Shown here in pieces: positions 7,720-21,187 of a stretch of 64,000 nucleotides of DNA. Position numbers and translations under genes: made by a program. Origin of the DNA: Limnothrix sp. BL-A-16 (GTDB taxonomy: Bacteria; Cyanobacteriota; Cyanobacteriia; CACIAM-69d); contig CP166615.1 of the NCBI GenBank assembly GCA_041937175.2, forward strand, positions 2,272,001-2,336,000, in the 5' to 3' direction. The notes under the pieces are model-generated. The model saw nothing but the letters and a program-made list of their open reading frames with translations. It was not told the origin of the DNA and did no database searches. Each line of letters begins with the position of its first letter. Position 1 is the first letter of the stretch.

Positions 7720-10483
7720 TCCTTGTAGCTCCGCGATTCATTTTTCTGGTCGTGGGTTTTCGTTGAGCAATGGGGAGTAGAGGACTCGTCAGTTTTTCAT
7801 AGCATTCAAAGAGATATTGAATGCGACTTGACTCGCTAGTGAACGGTTGCGATCGGTAACATAAATCGACAGCTTTATCAAGTTTCTGATGAGCTTTCAT
7901 CAGATCAGCAGGCATAGTTAAAGGGTCGTATAAATTGGCAAGGCTGCTCTCAGGATATTTTGCTCTGGTATCCAACACCGCTTGAGCACAGGCTTCAATA
8001 GCTTGTTTTTGCTTACCAGTAGGAGTTTTGGGAAAGGGAAAGTTATTGTAAACAATGTATTTTGAGTAACGAAAACGCCCCTCTAATCTACCACAAACAT
8101 ATCTAGTCCATGCCATATGCATCTCAGAAGTCAAGATGCCAAATAGCAAAAGATCTGCATTGGCAATAATGAACAGCAAATCACTAGATAGCGTATGTGC
8201 ATCAAGAAAGCCAATAGGAATATACTTGCGTCTTTCGCTAGAAGCTTTTGGAATAACTAGATATTCTGATGCAGGTATATTTTCAACATGAAAACGTGTT
8301 GGCGTTAATGCTAATTTCTGAGTGGGGAGACTTGCCCTCGCCAATCTATAGCTTTTGACAGATTCAATTCTTTGCAAAACATGGGGCATTTTTTTTAATT
8401 CATTAGGAGGACAATCACCTAACCACAAACACCATCTCTCATAATTATTAATAAATTCATCAAACCCCAACCATTTCCTAAACCACTTTTCAGAGCCAGG
8501 CTCAATCTTAATAAATTCTTCTTTCTCAACCGTTGTAAACAGATAGTATCCACCATCAATTGGTTTATTTCCAATTCCAATCTGAGGAACATCACACAAA
8601 GGTAATCTTCGTCTAGGGAGAGCTATATCGTTGCCATCTGCAAGATATGGGTTAATATTTTTAGCCTTTACTTCTAATGGCTCGCCTTTAATATTTTCAT
8701 ATTCAAACAAGCGCTTTTCTGAAGCATTAAAATTAGCAAACCCAATAATTACACAGTACACAGCCGCGCTTTTTTTAGCTTCATTTGACCATTTAAAGGT
8801 TTGATGAGCGAAGTGAATTTTAATGTTGTATGTGCTAAATAAAACATTCCAAAGGATTCCAGCTTGCTCTCCTTGAGAAATTGAGTTTGTACTTACAAAA
8901 GCAACTTTAATATTTGATGCTTGGATCAATTCTGCTGCCTTAATATACCAAGCTGAAACATAATCTATTACGCCTGCGCCCTTGGCTTTCTTAAACAGTG
9001 CCAACAAATCTTCTCTCTGAACCTTAGTCATCATCTTCGATCCCACAAAAGGCGGATTTCCTAAAATGAAACTGAGCTTTTCTTTGGGTAAAATGTCTTC
9101 CCAGTTCATCCGCAATGCATTCCCATGGACAATCTTCACTGATTTTTTGAGTGGCAAACGCACAAAATATTGACCAAAAGTGTTGCTCACCTTCATATTC
9201 ATCTGGTGATCAATTAGCCACATTGCCACTTCTGCTACTCGTACCGGAAACTCATCATATTCAATGCCTGCAAATTGATCCACATCTACTTGAATAATCG
9301 AACCAATATCTGTCACCAATTGTCCTGTCTTATTTAATTCCTGTAATACCAAAATCTCTAGATCACGTAGTTCTCGATAGGTAATCACTAAAAAATTACC
9401 GCAACCACAGGCGGGATCAAGAAAGTGTAAGTTGGCAATTTTTTTGTGAAATTCTAATAGTCCATTACGACTTCCTTTAATTTTCTCAAATTCCGTGTAT
9501 AGATCATCTAACAACAATGGTTTAATAACTCTTTGAATATTTTTCTCGGAGGTATAGTGCGCCCCCAAATTGCGTCGTTTCTTTGAATCCATCACTGCTT
9601 GAAACATAGATCCAAAAATAGCAGGTGAAATTTTTCCCCAATCAAAAGCACAGGCTTCTAGCAACATTAATCGCATCTTGCTATCGAAAGCCGCCAAAAG
9701 TAATGGCTCTTCAAATAGCTTGCCATTCACATAGGGAAATTGAGTTAAATTTTCATCCAGATTTTTTAAGCGTCTTTCTTCTGGCGTATTCAAAACCTGA
9801 AAGATGGAAGCAAGGTGCATTGCCAGATCACTGCCATCTTCTTTTGTGTGCAGATCAATATATTCTCGAAAAATACCTTTATTGAAAATACCTGTATCGT
9901 CTGCAAATAAACAAAACAGCAGCCGCACAAGATAGACTTCTAAATCATGACCCATATAACCAATTTCTTTGAGGCAGTCATGAAATTTTCCCATCAATTC
10001 GGCTGCTTCGATATTAACTGGATCGCTGTCCTTATAGACTCGCTTTTCGTATCCTGCAATGAAGTCAAATAGGTGAATATTTTGAGCAAATTCATCCAGT
10101 CCGAACTCTGACTGATGACCTAAATCTAGGTCGTATAATTTAAATCTTTGAAAATCCGAGACTAGAATATATCGTGGCAATTCATGTTCTTTTAAATTTG
10201 GAAAATAATCCTTAGCCTGCTGCGTTGCTCTTTCTAAGTCCTTGCTTCTTGATTTATGCTCAACTAAAATCATTCCTTTCCATAGCAAATCGATAAAGCC
10301 TTGCTTGTTATCTGCTTTTTTAACGGGTTGCTCAAAACTAGCTACCCTACGTCGCGAAATTCCAAAGACATTAAAAAAATCATTCCAAAAAGATTGGGCT
10401 TCAGCTTTTTCTGAAGTCTCTCCTTCCCACTCTTTTTGAAAAATAATCGCCCGACTTTTGATTTCATTCCAGCTTAAGGGCAT
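7706..10483 (-). CDS. MmeI-like type IIL restriction-modification enzyme (fused PD-(D/E)xK nuclease, N6-adenine methyltransferase and target recognition domain)
   Basis: FIDLLWKGMILVEHKS nuclease motif, LGAHYTS, DPACGCGNFL (SAM binding), GNPPFVG (motif IV), VYNNFPFP; 925 aa; AT-rich. Confidence 0.88.
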   Translation of the reverse strand: MPLSWNEIKSRAIIFQKEWEGETSEKAEAQSFWNDFFNVFGISRRRVASFEQPVKKADNKQGFIDLLWKGMILVEHKSRSKDLERATQQAKDYFPNLKEHELPRYILVSDFQRFKLYDLDLGHQSEFGLDEFAQNIHLFDFIAGYEKRVYKDSDPVNIEAAELMGKFHDCLKEIGYMGHDLEVYLVRLLFCLFADDTGIFNKGIFREYIDLHTKEDGSDLAMHLASIFQVLNTPEERRLKNLDENLTQFPYVNGKLFEEPLLLAAFDSKMRLMLLEACAFDWGKISPAIFGSMFQAVMDSKKRRNLGAHYTSEKNIQRVIKPLLLDDLYTEFEKIKGSRNGLLEFHKKIANLHFLDPACGCGNFLVITYRELRDLEILVLQELNKTGQLVTDIGSIIQVDVDQFAGIEYDEFPVRVAEVAMWLIDHQMNMKVSNTFGQYFVRLPLKKSVKIVHGNALRMNWEDILPKEKLSFILGNPPFVGSKMMTKVQREDLLALFKKAKGAGVIDYVSAWYIKAAELIQASNIKVAFVSTNSISQGEQAGILWNVLFSTYNIKIHFAHQTFKWSNEAKKSAAVYCVIIGFANFNASEKRLFEYENIKGEPLEVKAKNINPYLADGNDIALPRRRLPLCDVPQIGIGNKPIDGGYYLFTTVEKEEFIKIEPGSEKWFRKWLGFDEFINNYERWCLWLGDCPPNELKKMPHVLQRIESVKSYRLARASLPTQKLALTPTRFHVENIPASEYLVIPKASSERRKYIPIGFLDAHTLSSDLLFIIANADLLLFGILTSEMHMAWTRYVCGRLEGRFRYSKYIVYNNFPFPKTPTGKQKQAIEACAQAVLDTRAKYPESSLANLYDPLTMPADLMKAHQKLDKAVDLCYRSQPFTSESSRIQYLFECYEKLTSPLLPIAQRKPTTRKMNRGATRSGKK

Positions 10484-10811
10484 GGTTTCAAGTCCTGATT
10501 TATTCTTGACAAAGCAATCTCAAGTGACTTTTTTAGTACAACGTGAGAAGGCTAATTCTATGATTATAAGGGTTTTCGAGATTCAATCAACCATTAAATT
10601 GTATTTTGTTATGTGTTTTAATTTCAGAGCCTCAATAGGCTCGCTCGTATCCTGCCGTCAAATGCGGCAAGCTGCAAAGTTTTTTCCAAGTCGATTGCAA
10701 AACTAGCCCAATCGATCGAGCCAGGGCAGTCAGCCGATCGCCCCGCACCAGGGCCGCGAACCGTTACAATCGAGACCGCTCTAACAAGACCCTTTAGCCC
10801 CCAAAATCATC

Positions 10812-12260
10812 GTGTCCGTTCGCGTTCGCCTCGCCCCTAGCCCCACCGGAAACCTCCACATCGGCACGGCCCGCACCGCCGTTTTTAACTGGCTTTATGC
10901 TCGTCACACGGGTGGTACCTTCGTGCTGCGGATTGAAGACACCGACACCGAGCGATCGCGGCCCGAATTTGAAGCCAACATCCTCGAAGGCCTGCAATGG
11001 CTGGGCATGAACTGGGATGAAGGCCCCTTCTACCAGTCCAAGCGCAATGAGTTTTACAAGCAAGCGATCCAAACCCTGCTCGACAAGGGCTTGGCCTACC
11101 GCTGCTACACCACGCCCGAAGAATTGGACAAACTGCGCGAGGGCCAAAAAGCCCGCAACGAAGCGCCCCGCTACGACAACCGCCACCGCAACTTAACCCC
11201 CGAGCAGGAAGCTGCCTTCATTGCCGAAGGTCGCCAGCCGGTGATTCGCTTCAAAATTGACGATAAGCGGACGATCGCTTGGAACGATCGGGTGCGGGGC
11301 ACGGTCACTTGGAAAGGCTTTGACCTAGGCGGCGATATGGTGGTGGCCCGGGCGGCCGGCATCGATGATGTGGGCCAACCGCTCTACAACCTGGCCGTGG
11401 TGGTCGATGACATTGATATGCAAATCACCCACGTGATTCGCGGCGAAGACCACATCGCCAACACCGCCAAGCAAATTTTGCTCTACGAAGCCCTGGGCGC
11501 AACGGTTCCCGAGTTTGCCCACACGCCGCTGATTTTGAACCGAGAAGGGCGCAAGCTCTCGAAGCGGGACGGGGCCACCTCGGTTTCGGAATTTCGCAAT
11601 ATGGGCTATTTGTCCGAGGCGATCGCCAACTACATGACCCTGTTGGGTTGGGCCCCGCCGGAAGGGATGGAAGAAGTCTTTTCCCTGGAGCAAGCGGCGG
11701 CCCAGTTTGAGATCGATCGCGTCAACAAGGCGGGCGCGAAGTTCGATTGGGACAAGCTGAACTGGCTGAACGCCCAATATCTGCACAAGATGCCGCCGGC
11801 CGAGCTGCTCGATCGCCTGATTCCCTACTGGCAAGGTGCGGGCTACAGCTTTGACTCCGTAGCCGATCGCCCCTGGCTGGAGGCCTTGGCGGGTCTGCTG
11901 GCCACGGCGATCGTCCGGTTGGATCAAGCGCCCGAGGCGGCCAAGCTGTTCTTTAGCGAAACGGTGGACTACACCGACGAAGCCCGCGCCCAACTGGCCC
12001 AGGCCGGTGGCGCGGAAATCCTGGCGGCCCTGGCGGAGGGACTCAGCGATCAGCCCTTAGATCACGACGCGGCCATGGCACTGATTAATCAGGTGGTGAA
12101 GTCCACGGGCACGAAGAAGGGCCAGGTGATGCGGACGCTGCGGGCCACCCTGATGGGGGCGATGCAGGGGCCGGAGATGGTTCCCACTTGGCAGATCTTG
12201 AACCAACGCGGGTTCGATCGCGCCCGGATTGCGGCGGGCCAGGCGATCGCCCAGCCGTAG
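10812..12260 (+). CDS. gltX: Glutamate--tRNA ligase
   Basis: [13 protein letters not shown] (HIGH), RIEDTD, VIRGEDH, KLSKR. Confidence 0.97.
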   Translation: MSVRVRLAPSPTGNLHIGTARTAVFNWLYARHTGGTFVLRIEDTDTERSRPEFEANILEGLQWLGMNWDEGPFYQSKRNEFYKQAIQTLLDKGLAYRCYTTPEELDKLREGQKARNEAPRYDNRHRNLTPEQEAAFIAEGRQPVIRFKIDDKRTIAWNDRVRGTVTWKGFDLGGDMVVARAAGIDDVGQPLYNLAVVVDDIDMQITHVIRGEDHIANTAKQILLYEALGATVPEFAHTPLILNREGRKLSKRDGATSVSEFRNMGYLSEAIANYMTLLGWAPPEGMEEVFSLEQAAAQFEIDRVNKAGAKFDWDKLNWLNAQYLHKMPPAELLDRLIPYWQGAGYSFDSVADRPWLEALAGLLATAIVRLDQAPEAAKLFFSETVDYTDEARAQLAQAGGAEILAALAEGLSDQPLDHDAAMALINQVVKSTGTKKGQVMRTLRATLMGAMQGPEMVPTWQILNQRGFDRARIAAGQAIAQP

Positions 12261-12275
12261 ATCCCAGCAGGGTGG

Positions 12276-12295
12276 CAAGGGGCTGAAGCCCCTTG
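12276..12295. repeat. 20-bp REP-like palindrome (CAAGGGGCTTAAGCCCCTTG family)
   Basis: CAAGGGGCTGAAGCCCCTTG, 15 bp after the gltX stop. Confidence 0.8.
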
Positions 12296-12354
12296 TCTTT
12301 GGTTCCCTGTCCACAGATGGGATGGCCCCGCAAGCCCTAAGATCTTCGGCAATA

Positions 12355-12414
12355 ATCTTCAGCAATAAATCTTTGGCCAGAGATCTTCAGCAGTAAATCT
12401 TTGGCCAGAGATCT
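12355..12414. repeat. 28-bp tandem duplication
   Basis: ATCTTCAGCAATAAATCTTTGGCCAGAG / ATCTTCAGCAGTAAATCTTTGGCCAGAG. Confidence 0.85.
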
Positions 12415-12463
12415 CCTGTAACGCTTCCACTCGCTCGATCGCGCAAGGATCGAAACCGCAACT

Positions 12464-13573
12464 ATGGCCATTCAATCCTGGTTTCAACCCCGCCACCGTC
12501 GGCTGATTGGGCGATCGCTGGGGTTACTGGTTTGGTTCGGGGCGATCGGGCTGGCCCCCGAGTTGGCCCAAGCCAGCCCCCTCACCCTGGCCCAAGTCAG
12601 CAACAGCAGCAACAATCCCCAACTTCAGGATCTGATTGAGCGGGGCGAGCAGTTTGTGCAGCGGCGCGATTGGGAATCGGCCCTAGTGATCTATGAACGG
12701 GCGGCCCAGCTCGATCGGGACAATGCCCGCATCTATTCCGGGATTGGCTATGTGCAAGCCATGCGCGGCAACTTCGCGGAAGCGGCCCGGGCCTATCAAC
12801 AGGCAACGGTGCTGGATCCGCGCAATGCTGAATTTTTCTACGCCCTTGGGTTCAGCCTCGCCAACACTAACGACCTGGAACCAGCCTTAGCCGCCTACTA
12901 CCGCGCGGTGCAGTTGGATGAGCGCCACCTGAATGCCCATTTGGGGCTGGGAGCCGTGCTCTATCGCCAGGCCAACTACAGCGGCGCACTGCAAGCCTAC
13001 CGTCAAGTTCTGAATCTGGATCCCCGGAATGCGACGGCCCAGGAGTTTGTGGGGCTAACCCTCCTGAAGACCGGCGAAGTGCAACAGGCGATCGCGGCGT
13101 TGCAAGCGGCCCAAAAGCTGAACCCCCGCCGCGACAGCACCTATGTTTCGCTCGGGGTGGCCTGGTTGGCGGCCGGCAACAGCACGGAGGCCACGGCGGC
13201 TTTTGCCCAGGCGGCTCGACTGAATCCGCGAAATCCGACCGTCCATCTGCAAATTGGCAAAATTCTGCGGGAACAGGGCGATATTCCTGGAGCGCTCGCC
13301 GCCTATCAACGGGCGGTGTCGGCCGATGGCGATTCCTACGATGCCCAAGAAGCTTTGGCGGATCTGAGTTTGGAATCGGGCGATGTGTTGGTGGCGATTA
13401 TTGGCTACCGGCGGTTGGTGGAATTGCAGCCCAACACGGGCATGGCCCATTTCAAATTGGGTCGCGCGTTGGCCAAGCAAGGGCGGAATTTTGAAGCCCG
13501 GGAAGCGTTTGATCGCGCGGCCGCTTTGGGGGTTCCCGATGCGATCGCCGCCCGCGATGCCCTGCCCAAGTGA
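12464..13573 (+). CDS. Secreted tetratricopeptide repeat protein
   Basis: Signal-like N-terminus; about 8 repeats of 34 aa (LG...A..AY..A..LDP). Confidence 0.88.
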   Translation: MAIQSWFQPRHRRLIGRSLGLLVWFGAIGLAPELAQASPLTLAQVSNSSNNPQLQDLIERGEQFVQRRDWESALVIYERAAQLDRDNARIYSGIGYVQAMRGNFAEAARAYQQATVLDPRNAEFFYALGFSLANTNDLEPALAAYYRAVQLDERHLNAHLGLGAVLYRQANYSGALQAYRQVLNLDPRNATAQEFVGLTLLKTGEVQQAIAALQAAQKLNPRRDSTYVSLGVAWLAAGNSTEATAAFAQAARLNPRNPTVHLQIGKILREQGDIPGALAAYQRAVSADGDSYDAQEALADLSLESGDVLVAIIGYRRLVELQPNTGMAHFKLGRALAKQGRNFEAREAFDRAAALGVPDAIAARDALPK

Positions 13574-13580
13574 TGGGCGA

Positions 13581-14405
13581 TTAAGCCGGGTCGCCAATCG
13601 TCGCGGTCTGGGGTGGGTTCAAATTCGGCGGTTCCAACTGATCCAAAAAAGTCAAGGGATTAGCCATATTGGCGGCGAAACCCAAAATTCCCCGATCGCG
13701 ATGTTCATAGAGCAACGTCCCGGCGCGATCGAACAAAAACGTTCCCCCCCGTTGGGTCATGTATTGGGCATCGGGAACGTAGCGATTCCAGTGGCTCAAC
13801 ACTTCCACCATATTTCGCAGTCGCAAGGTCGCCAGCTCAAAGGGACGCTGAAACCCGCGCCCACCGGCCAGGGCAAAAAAGTCACCCTTCATCGGGGGCA
13901 AGAATTTTGTGTCGATCGTTTCGTCGTCAGCGATCAACTGCGGTGCGGCGCGATCGCCCCGATAGCCCCGAAACACTTCCGCCAGCGTGCCCGGACTGCC
14001 CAGCCCCGCACACATCAACATCAAATTCAGCCAAGCGCTTTGACCCGATCGCAAGCCCGGCCACGATCGAGTCAAGCCCCCGTATAGCCCCAATTGCCGA
14101 TGGAGATCCGCCGTCGGATCGATCAACAGTGCTTCGGCGGGAAACCCCGTGTAATCACAAAATTTTTCCCCCGAGGAGCGATCGCCAATTCCCACAGCCC
14201 GCAGCACAATTTCGTGATCACGCAGGCGATCGGCCTCCCGACGCAACCACCAGGCATATTCCAAACTGTCAAAATCCCCCAATTGGGGCAGCGCGATAAA
14301 CAGAATTTTGGCTGCCCGATCGCACCCGTTCAAAACAGGGACGATCGCACCATCACTCACGCGTTCTCGCTGGTAGGTTTGCAGAATTTGGTAGCAAGAA
14401 TCCAT
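13581..14405 (-). CDS. Peroxiredoxin-like (AhpC/TSA_2) family protein
   Basis: PQLGDFDSLEYAWWL, MCAGLGSPGTLAEVFRGY, QRPFELATLRL, TQRGGTFLF; start taken at ATG 14405 (MDSCY). Confidence 0.82.
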   Translation of the reverse strand: MDSCYQILQTYQRERVSDGAIVPVLNGCDRAAKILFIALPQLGDFDSLEYAWWLRREADRLRDHEIVLRAVGIGDRSSGEKFCDYTGFPAEALLIDPTADLHRQLGLYGGLTRSWPGLRSGQSAWLNLMLMCAGLGSPGTLAEVFRGYRGDRAAPQLIADDETIDTKFLPPMKGDFFALAGGRGFQRPFELATLRLRNMVEVLSHWNRYVPDAQYMTQRGGTFLFDRAGTLLYEHRDRGILGFAANMANPLTFLDQLEPPNLNPPQTATIGDPA

Positions 14406-14460
14406 GACATTCAAGATCTTTCCAAGACTGTTGGCAAGGCTAGAATTTTTCGGACATTCT

Positions 14461-14982
14461 CTAGGGACAAGGGCCCGGTGCAAAGGGTGGTTCTTTCCAA
14501 TTTCCTTCAATGCTAAAACGAACCCGATTGCCCGCAACTTGCACCCGTCCCATGTCAATATGGCGGACTGGCTCACCCCCTCCGACGGGAACCACCTCCA
14601 CACAACTCAAAAGCCGACGCGGATAGTTGCCAGTCATGAGCCGGGCTTCGTTGGGATAAATGCCAATCGAATCTGCTAATAAATCGGTTCCGGGACGATT
14701 TCGCCGTTCTCGAATCACAAACCGCCGAATAAAAGCATCTTTGGTGCGGTTTTCTAGAATTAGGGACATGGTTGGCGGGCGATCGGGCGCATTATTCGGA
14801 TCATTACTATTGCTGGGGAGCTGGGCCCGCAAAGGATTAGCCATCAGAATTAGCCCGATCGCGATCGCCCCAGAGCCTAACCAAGTTCCACGATCAATGA
14901 GCCTATTCTTCAAGATTTTGGGCTGGATTTTGGACTGCTCGCCTGGCTTTTGAGCAGTGTTTTGCTGAAGTTTCTGAATCAT
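14461..14982 (-). CDS. Hypothetical exported protein
   Basis: Hydrophobic signal-like segment ending PLRA-Q, then a small beta-rich domain; start uncertain (14982 or 15003). Confidence 0.6.
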   Translation of the reverse strand: MIQKLQQNTAQKPGEQSKIQPKILKNRLIDRGTWLGSGAIAIGLILMANPLRAQLPSNSNDPNNAPDRPPTMSLILENRTKDAFIRRFVIRERRNRPGTDLLADSIGIYPNEARLMTGNYPRRLLSCVEVVPVGGGEPVRHIDMGRVQVAGNRVRFSIEGNWKEPPFAPGPCP

Positions 14983-15052
14983 ACCCGTTAGTTTAGTTTT
15001 CAATTGAATCTCAGAGCTTCCAAGGATATCGGAAAAGAATCTTTGAGGACTA

Positions 15053-15185
15053 AGAAGATGTCTGAGAAGTGTCTTTCAGTACGGGCCAAGCATCAATTAT
15101 CGTGGGGGCAAGGGGCTTAAGCCCCTTGTTTACGTTGATCGCTGGAGCATACAGAGTAGCAAGTTTGGCTTTTCAGACATCCTCT
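15053..15185. mobile_element. MITE copy 2 (~133 bp) containing a perfect 20-bp palindrome
   Basis: AGAAGATGTCTGAGAAG / CTTTTCAGACATCCTCT ends; interior aligns with 2999..3127; CAAGGGGCTTAAGCCCCTTG at 15109-15128. Confidence 0.8.
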
Positions 15186-15285
15186 AACAAAGTAAAGACA
15201 ATTGCGGCGCAAGGTGATTAAGCATTTTGTCTTCATCAACTGTTCAGATCCGCAGCCTCTCGATTTTGACGTTTCAAATATCCTG

Positions 15286-15924
15286 TTAGTCTTCAGGCTG
15301 ATCAATCGCCAGCTCATCAGTCGATGAATCCATTTCCGAAAAATCAATATTGCTATAAAGATCGGTTAATTGCAAAGTTAATTCAACAGTTTTGAGCTGA
15401 AGAGTAGATTCAGGCTTGCGATATTCCAAAAATCGCCATTCGCAATCCTCTAGTTTGATGAATTGCTCAACACGCATTTCGTATTGATCAATTAGGAGAT
15501 ATTCCTGAAAGCTGGGAATGGTGCGGTAGGCGGCAAATTTTTCGCCCCCATCATAGTTTCGAGTGGATTTGGACAACACTTCTGCAATCAGCAAGGGATT
15601 CGTTACCGTATCTTTGCGACCCGCTTGCAGTTCGATCGGCTTGGGCAACACCATCACATCGGGATAGGTATACATCTGCCGCTCAGGAATCCACAGCCGC
15701 TGATCAGCTTGAAAAACACGGTAATTCCGATGCCGGAGTGCCAGCTTGAGGACAATGTAGAGATTCCCTGTAATGTCGTTGTGATTAGGGGTTCCGCCAG
15801 TCATGGGGATGATGACTCCATCTCGGTATTCGTGACGCTGATCGCTGTTGACTTCCCGATCGAGATAAGCTTCCGGGCTATAGGCTCCGAGGCTGTGGGG
15901 TTGCTTGTCCAGTTGGGCGATCAT
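15286..15924 (-). CDS. Uma2 family endonuclease
   Basis: RHEYRDG, MTGGTPNH, YTYPDVMV, NPLLIAEVLSKST, EYLLIDQ; start at ATG 15924. Confidence 0.9.
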   Translation of the reverse strand: MIAQLDKQPHSLGAYSPEAYLDREVNSDQRHEYRDGVIIPMTGGTPNHNDITGNLYIVLKLALRHRNYRVFQADQRLWIPERQMYTYPDVMVLPKPIELQAGRKDTVTNPLLIAEVLSKSTRNYDGGEKFAAYRTIPSFQEYLLIDQYEMRVEQFIKLEDCEWRFLEYRKPESTLQLKTVELTLQLTDLYSNIDFSEMDSSTDELAIDQPED

Positions 15925-16093
15925 GGGCAAAATCTCTTTACTGGGGAACTGGGGCAAGCTGGCTTGGGTCGATCGCCCCGTCACTTTCCATCCTACCGTT
16001 TCGGTCTCGGCCGCGCCGCCGCCCGCCCCGATCGAACGCTAGGATAAAGAGCGCTATTTTCAATTTGCTGGCGTTTGTTGCGGTGGTTGCCCA

Positions 16094-19102
<3,009 letters not shown>

Positions 19103-19223
19103 ACTCTGGGGGCGATCGAACCCCTGCCAGGCAGCCGCTTAAGGGCGATCGCCCAGTCGCCGCTCCCTCAAGGCAACGGCTAAACTGATTAGCAGCCTGA
19201 GAGACCCGAGGAGACTGGATTCA

Positions 19224-20159
19224 ATGAAATATGGCATTGACATGGGCCACAACGCGGCCCCCGACACTGGCGCAGTGGGCATCAAAAAAGAAGATGACCT
19301 CACGATCGCCGTCGGCACAAGGGTGATCAGCCAACTGCAAGCCTTGGGTCATCAGGTGGTGAACTGCACCCCCAAAAGCGCCTCCAGCGTCATGGACTCA
19401 CTTTCCAAGCGCTGTGCCACCGCCAATGCCAACAATGTGGATTTATTTGTCTCCATCCACTTCAACAGCTACAACGGCCGCACCAGCGGTTCTGAAGTTT
19501 GGTACGCCAGCAATTCCGGGAAGAAATTTGCCCAACCCGTGCTCACGGAAATTCTGAAGCTGGGCTATGTCAACCGTGGCATCAAAGAGGGCAATTTTTA
19601 CGTGCTAGCCCATACGGATATGCCCAGCATTTTGGTGGAATGCTGCTTTGTGGACTCCGCCGATGATATGAAGCGGTTTGACCCGGACAAAATGGCGCGG
19701 GCGATCGTGGCGGGCGTGACCGGCGGCCAAACGGCCACCACACCCCCCCCGGCCTCTAGCGACCCAGAAATTTTGAAATTGCAGCAGGCCCTCAACCGAC
19801 TGCAAGTTTACGCCACACCCACGGGCCAGCCCTTGGCCGCCGATGGCAAGCTGGGGCCCCAAACCAACCAAGCCAGACAACGCCTCAAAACCATCTTTGC
19901 CATTTCGCCTGCGGAAACGGAAGCGAGCAATCGCGCCATGTGGGAGGCGATCACGTCGATCACGGTCGATCGCGTTGTGTTGCGACCCAATCACGGCTAT
20001 GGCCCGGCGGTGCGCTATTTGCAATTCCGATTGAATGTTCCACCCACGGGGCTATATAGCGACGCGACGGTTAGCGCAGTGCTGGCCTACCAAAAAGCCC
20101 AAGGGTTGGCGGCTGATGGGGTGGTGGGCCCAGCCACCTGGGGCAAATTGGTTCCCTAG
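19224..20159 (+). CDS. N-acetylmuramoyl-L-alanine amidase (Amidase_3) with peptidoglycan-binding domains
   Basis: IDMGHN, FVSIHFN, ILVECCF; C-terminal ADGKLGPQT and ADGVVGPATW. Confidence 0.9.
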   Translation: MKYGIDMGHNAAPDTGAVGIKKEDDLTIAVGTRVISQLQALGHQVVNCTPKSASSVMDSLSKRCATANANNVDLFVSIHFNSYNGRTSGSEVWYASNSGKKFAQPVLTEILKLGYVNRGIKEGNFYVLAHTDMPSILVECCFVDSADDMKRFDPDKMARAIVAGVTGGQTATTPPPASSDPEILKLQQALNRLQVYATPTGQPLAADGKLGPQTNQARQRLKTIFAISPAETEASNRAMWEAITSITVDRVVLRPNHGYGPAVRYLQFRLNVPPTGLYSDATVSAVLAYQKAQGLAADGVVGPATWGKLVP

Positions 20160-20212
20160 GCCAGGACGTTGGGCGATCGATCAGGCTATAGTCTCCAAGG
20201 TGTTGATATTGC

Positions 20213-21004
20213 ATGGCTATGCGTTCTACCCCTGACTGGTCACCGGAATCCGATCCCAACGAGGGGCGATCGGACGATGCGGCCCTTGAGGCGCAAGACC
20301 CGTCAATCAATAATCACAAGGCTCCAGAGAGTGCTCAAGGGATTGCTCAGGACGGTGTTCAGACTGGTGCTCAAAGCGCCCAATCGGACTCCGATGCTTC
20401 CGATGCTGAGGATGACAGCGATGGGCCCATGCGGTTCTATAACCGCTTTGAGGACTACATGGAAATCGCCGCCGCCCCGGAAACCTTCGCCAACTATTTA
20501 GATGGGCATCAGGAGTGGTTTCACCGCTGCGCTCATCCGATGCAGGTCAACCCGATCGACCAGAACAGCTATGCCATCACGATCGGGCACTTTGGCGCAT
20601 TTGACTATTACGTGGAACCGAAAGTGGGCCTCGAACTCCTGCCGCCGGATCAGGGCGTTTATGGGATCCGCACCGTCCCCGTGCCCGACTATGACCCACC
20701 GGGCTACGCCGTAGACTTCCAGGCCGCCATGAAACTGGTGGCGGTGGACAATCCCGACGAAGCGGCCGAGCAACCCATAAATACCCATGTCACCTGGACG
20801 CTGGATTTGCACGTGGATGTGTGGTTTCCGCGCTTTATTCGGGTTTTGCCCCAAGGATTGATTCAAAGAACGGGCGATCGACTGTTGGGGCAAATTGTCC
20901 GCCAGGTGTCTCGCCGGTTAACGGCTAAGGTACAAACGGATTTTCATGAGTCCCAAAATTTGCCGTTTCCCCAGCAATTGCAACGCAACCGCAGCTTCTT
21001 TTAA
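20213..21004 (+). CDS. DUF1997 family protein
   Basis: YLDGHQEWFHRCAHPM, VEPKVGLELLP, TGDRLLGQIVRQVSRRLT. Confidence 0.8.
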   Translation: MAMRSTPDWSPESDPNEGRSDDAALEAQDPSINNHKAPESAQGIAQDGVQTGAQSAQSDSDASDAEDDSDGPMRFYNRFEDYMEIAAAPETFANYLDGHQEWFHRCAHPMQVNPIDQNSYAITIGHFGAFDYYVEPKVGLELLPPDQGVYGIRTVPVPDYDPPGYAVDFQAAMKLVAVDNPDEAAEQPINTHVTWTLDLHVDVWFPRFIRVLPQGLIQRTGDRLLGQIVRQVSRRLTAKVQTDFHESQNLPFPQQLQRNRSFF

Positions 21005-21078
21005 AAGCTTTTTCAAGGGGTTTCCCTGATCATTGGGGAAGACTAGGGAATCAGTCCAGGAGTTTAAAATATGTGCCG

Positions 21079-21102
21079 GACAAGGGGTTTAAACCCCTTG
21101 TC
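21079..21102. repeat. REP-like palindrome (family member)
   Basis: Perfect palindrome GACAAGGGGTTTAAACCCCTTGTC between convergent genes. Confidence 0.8.
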
Positions 21103-21187
21103 TTTGATTTTGGCAACTGCCCAACGCCAGGATTAGAACCTTGGAAATTGGATGATAATCCTTGGCGCTGGAGGTTAGTGCTGCGGG

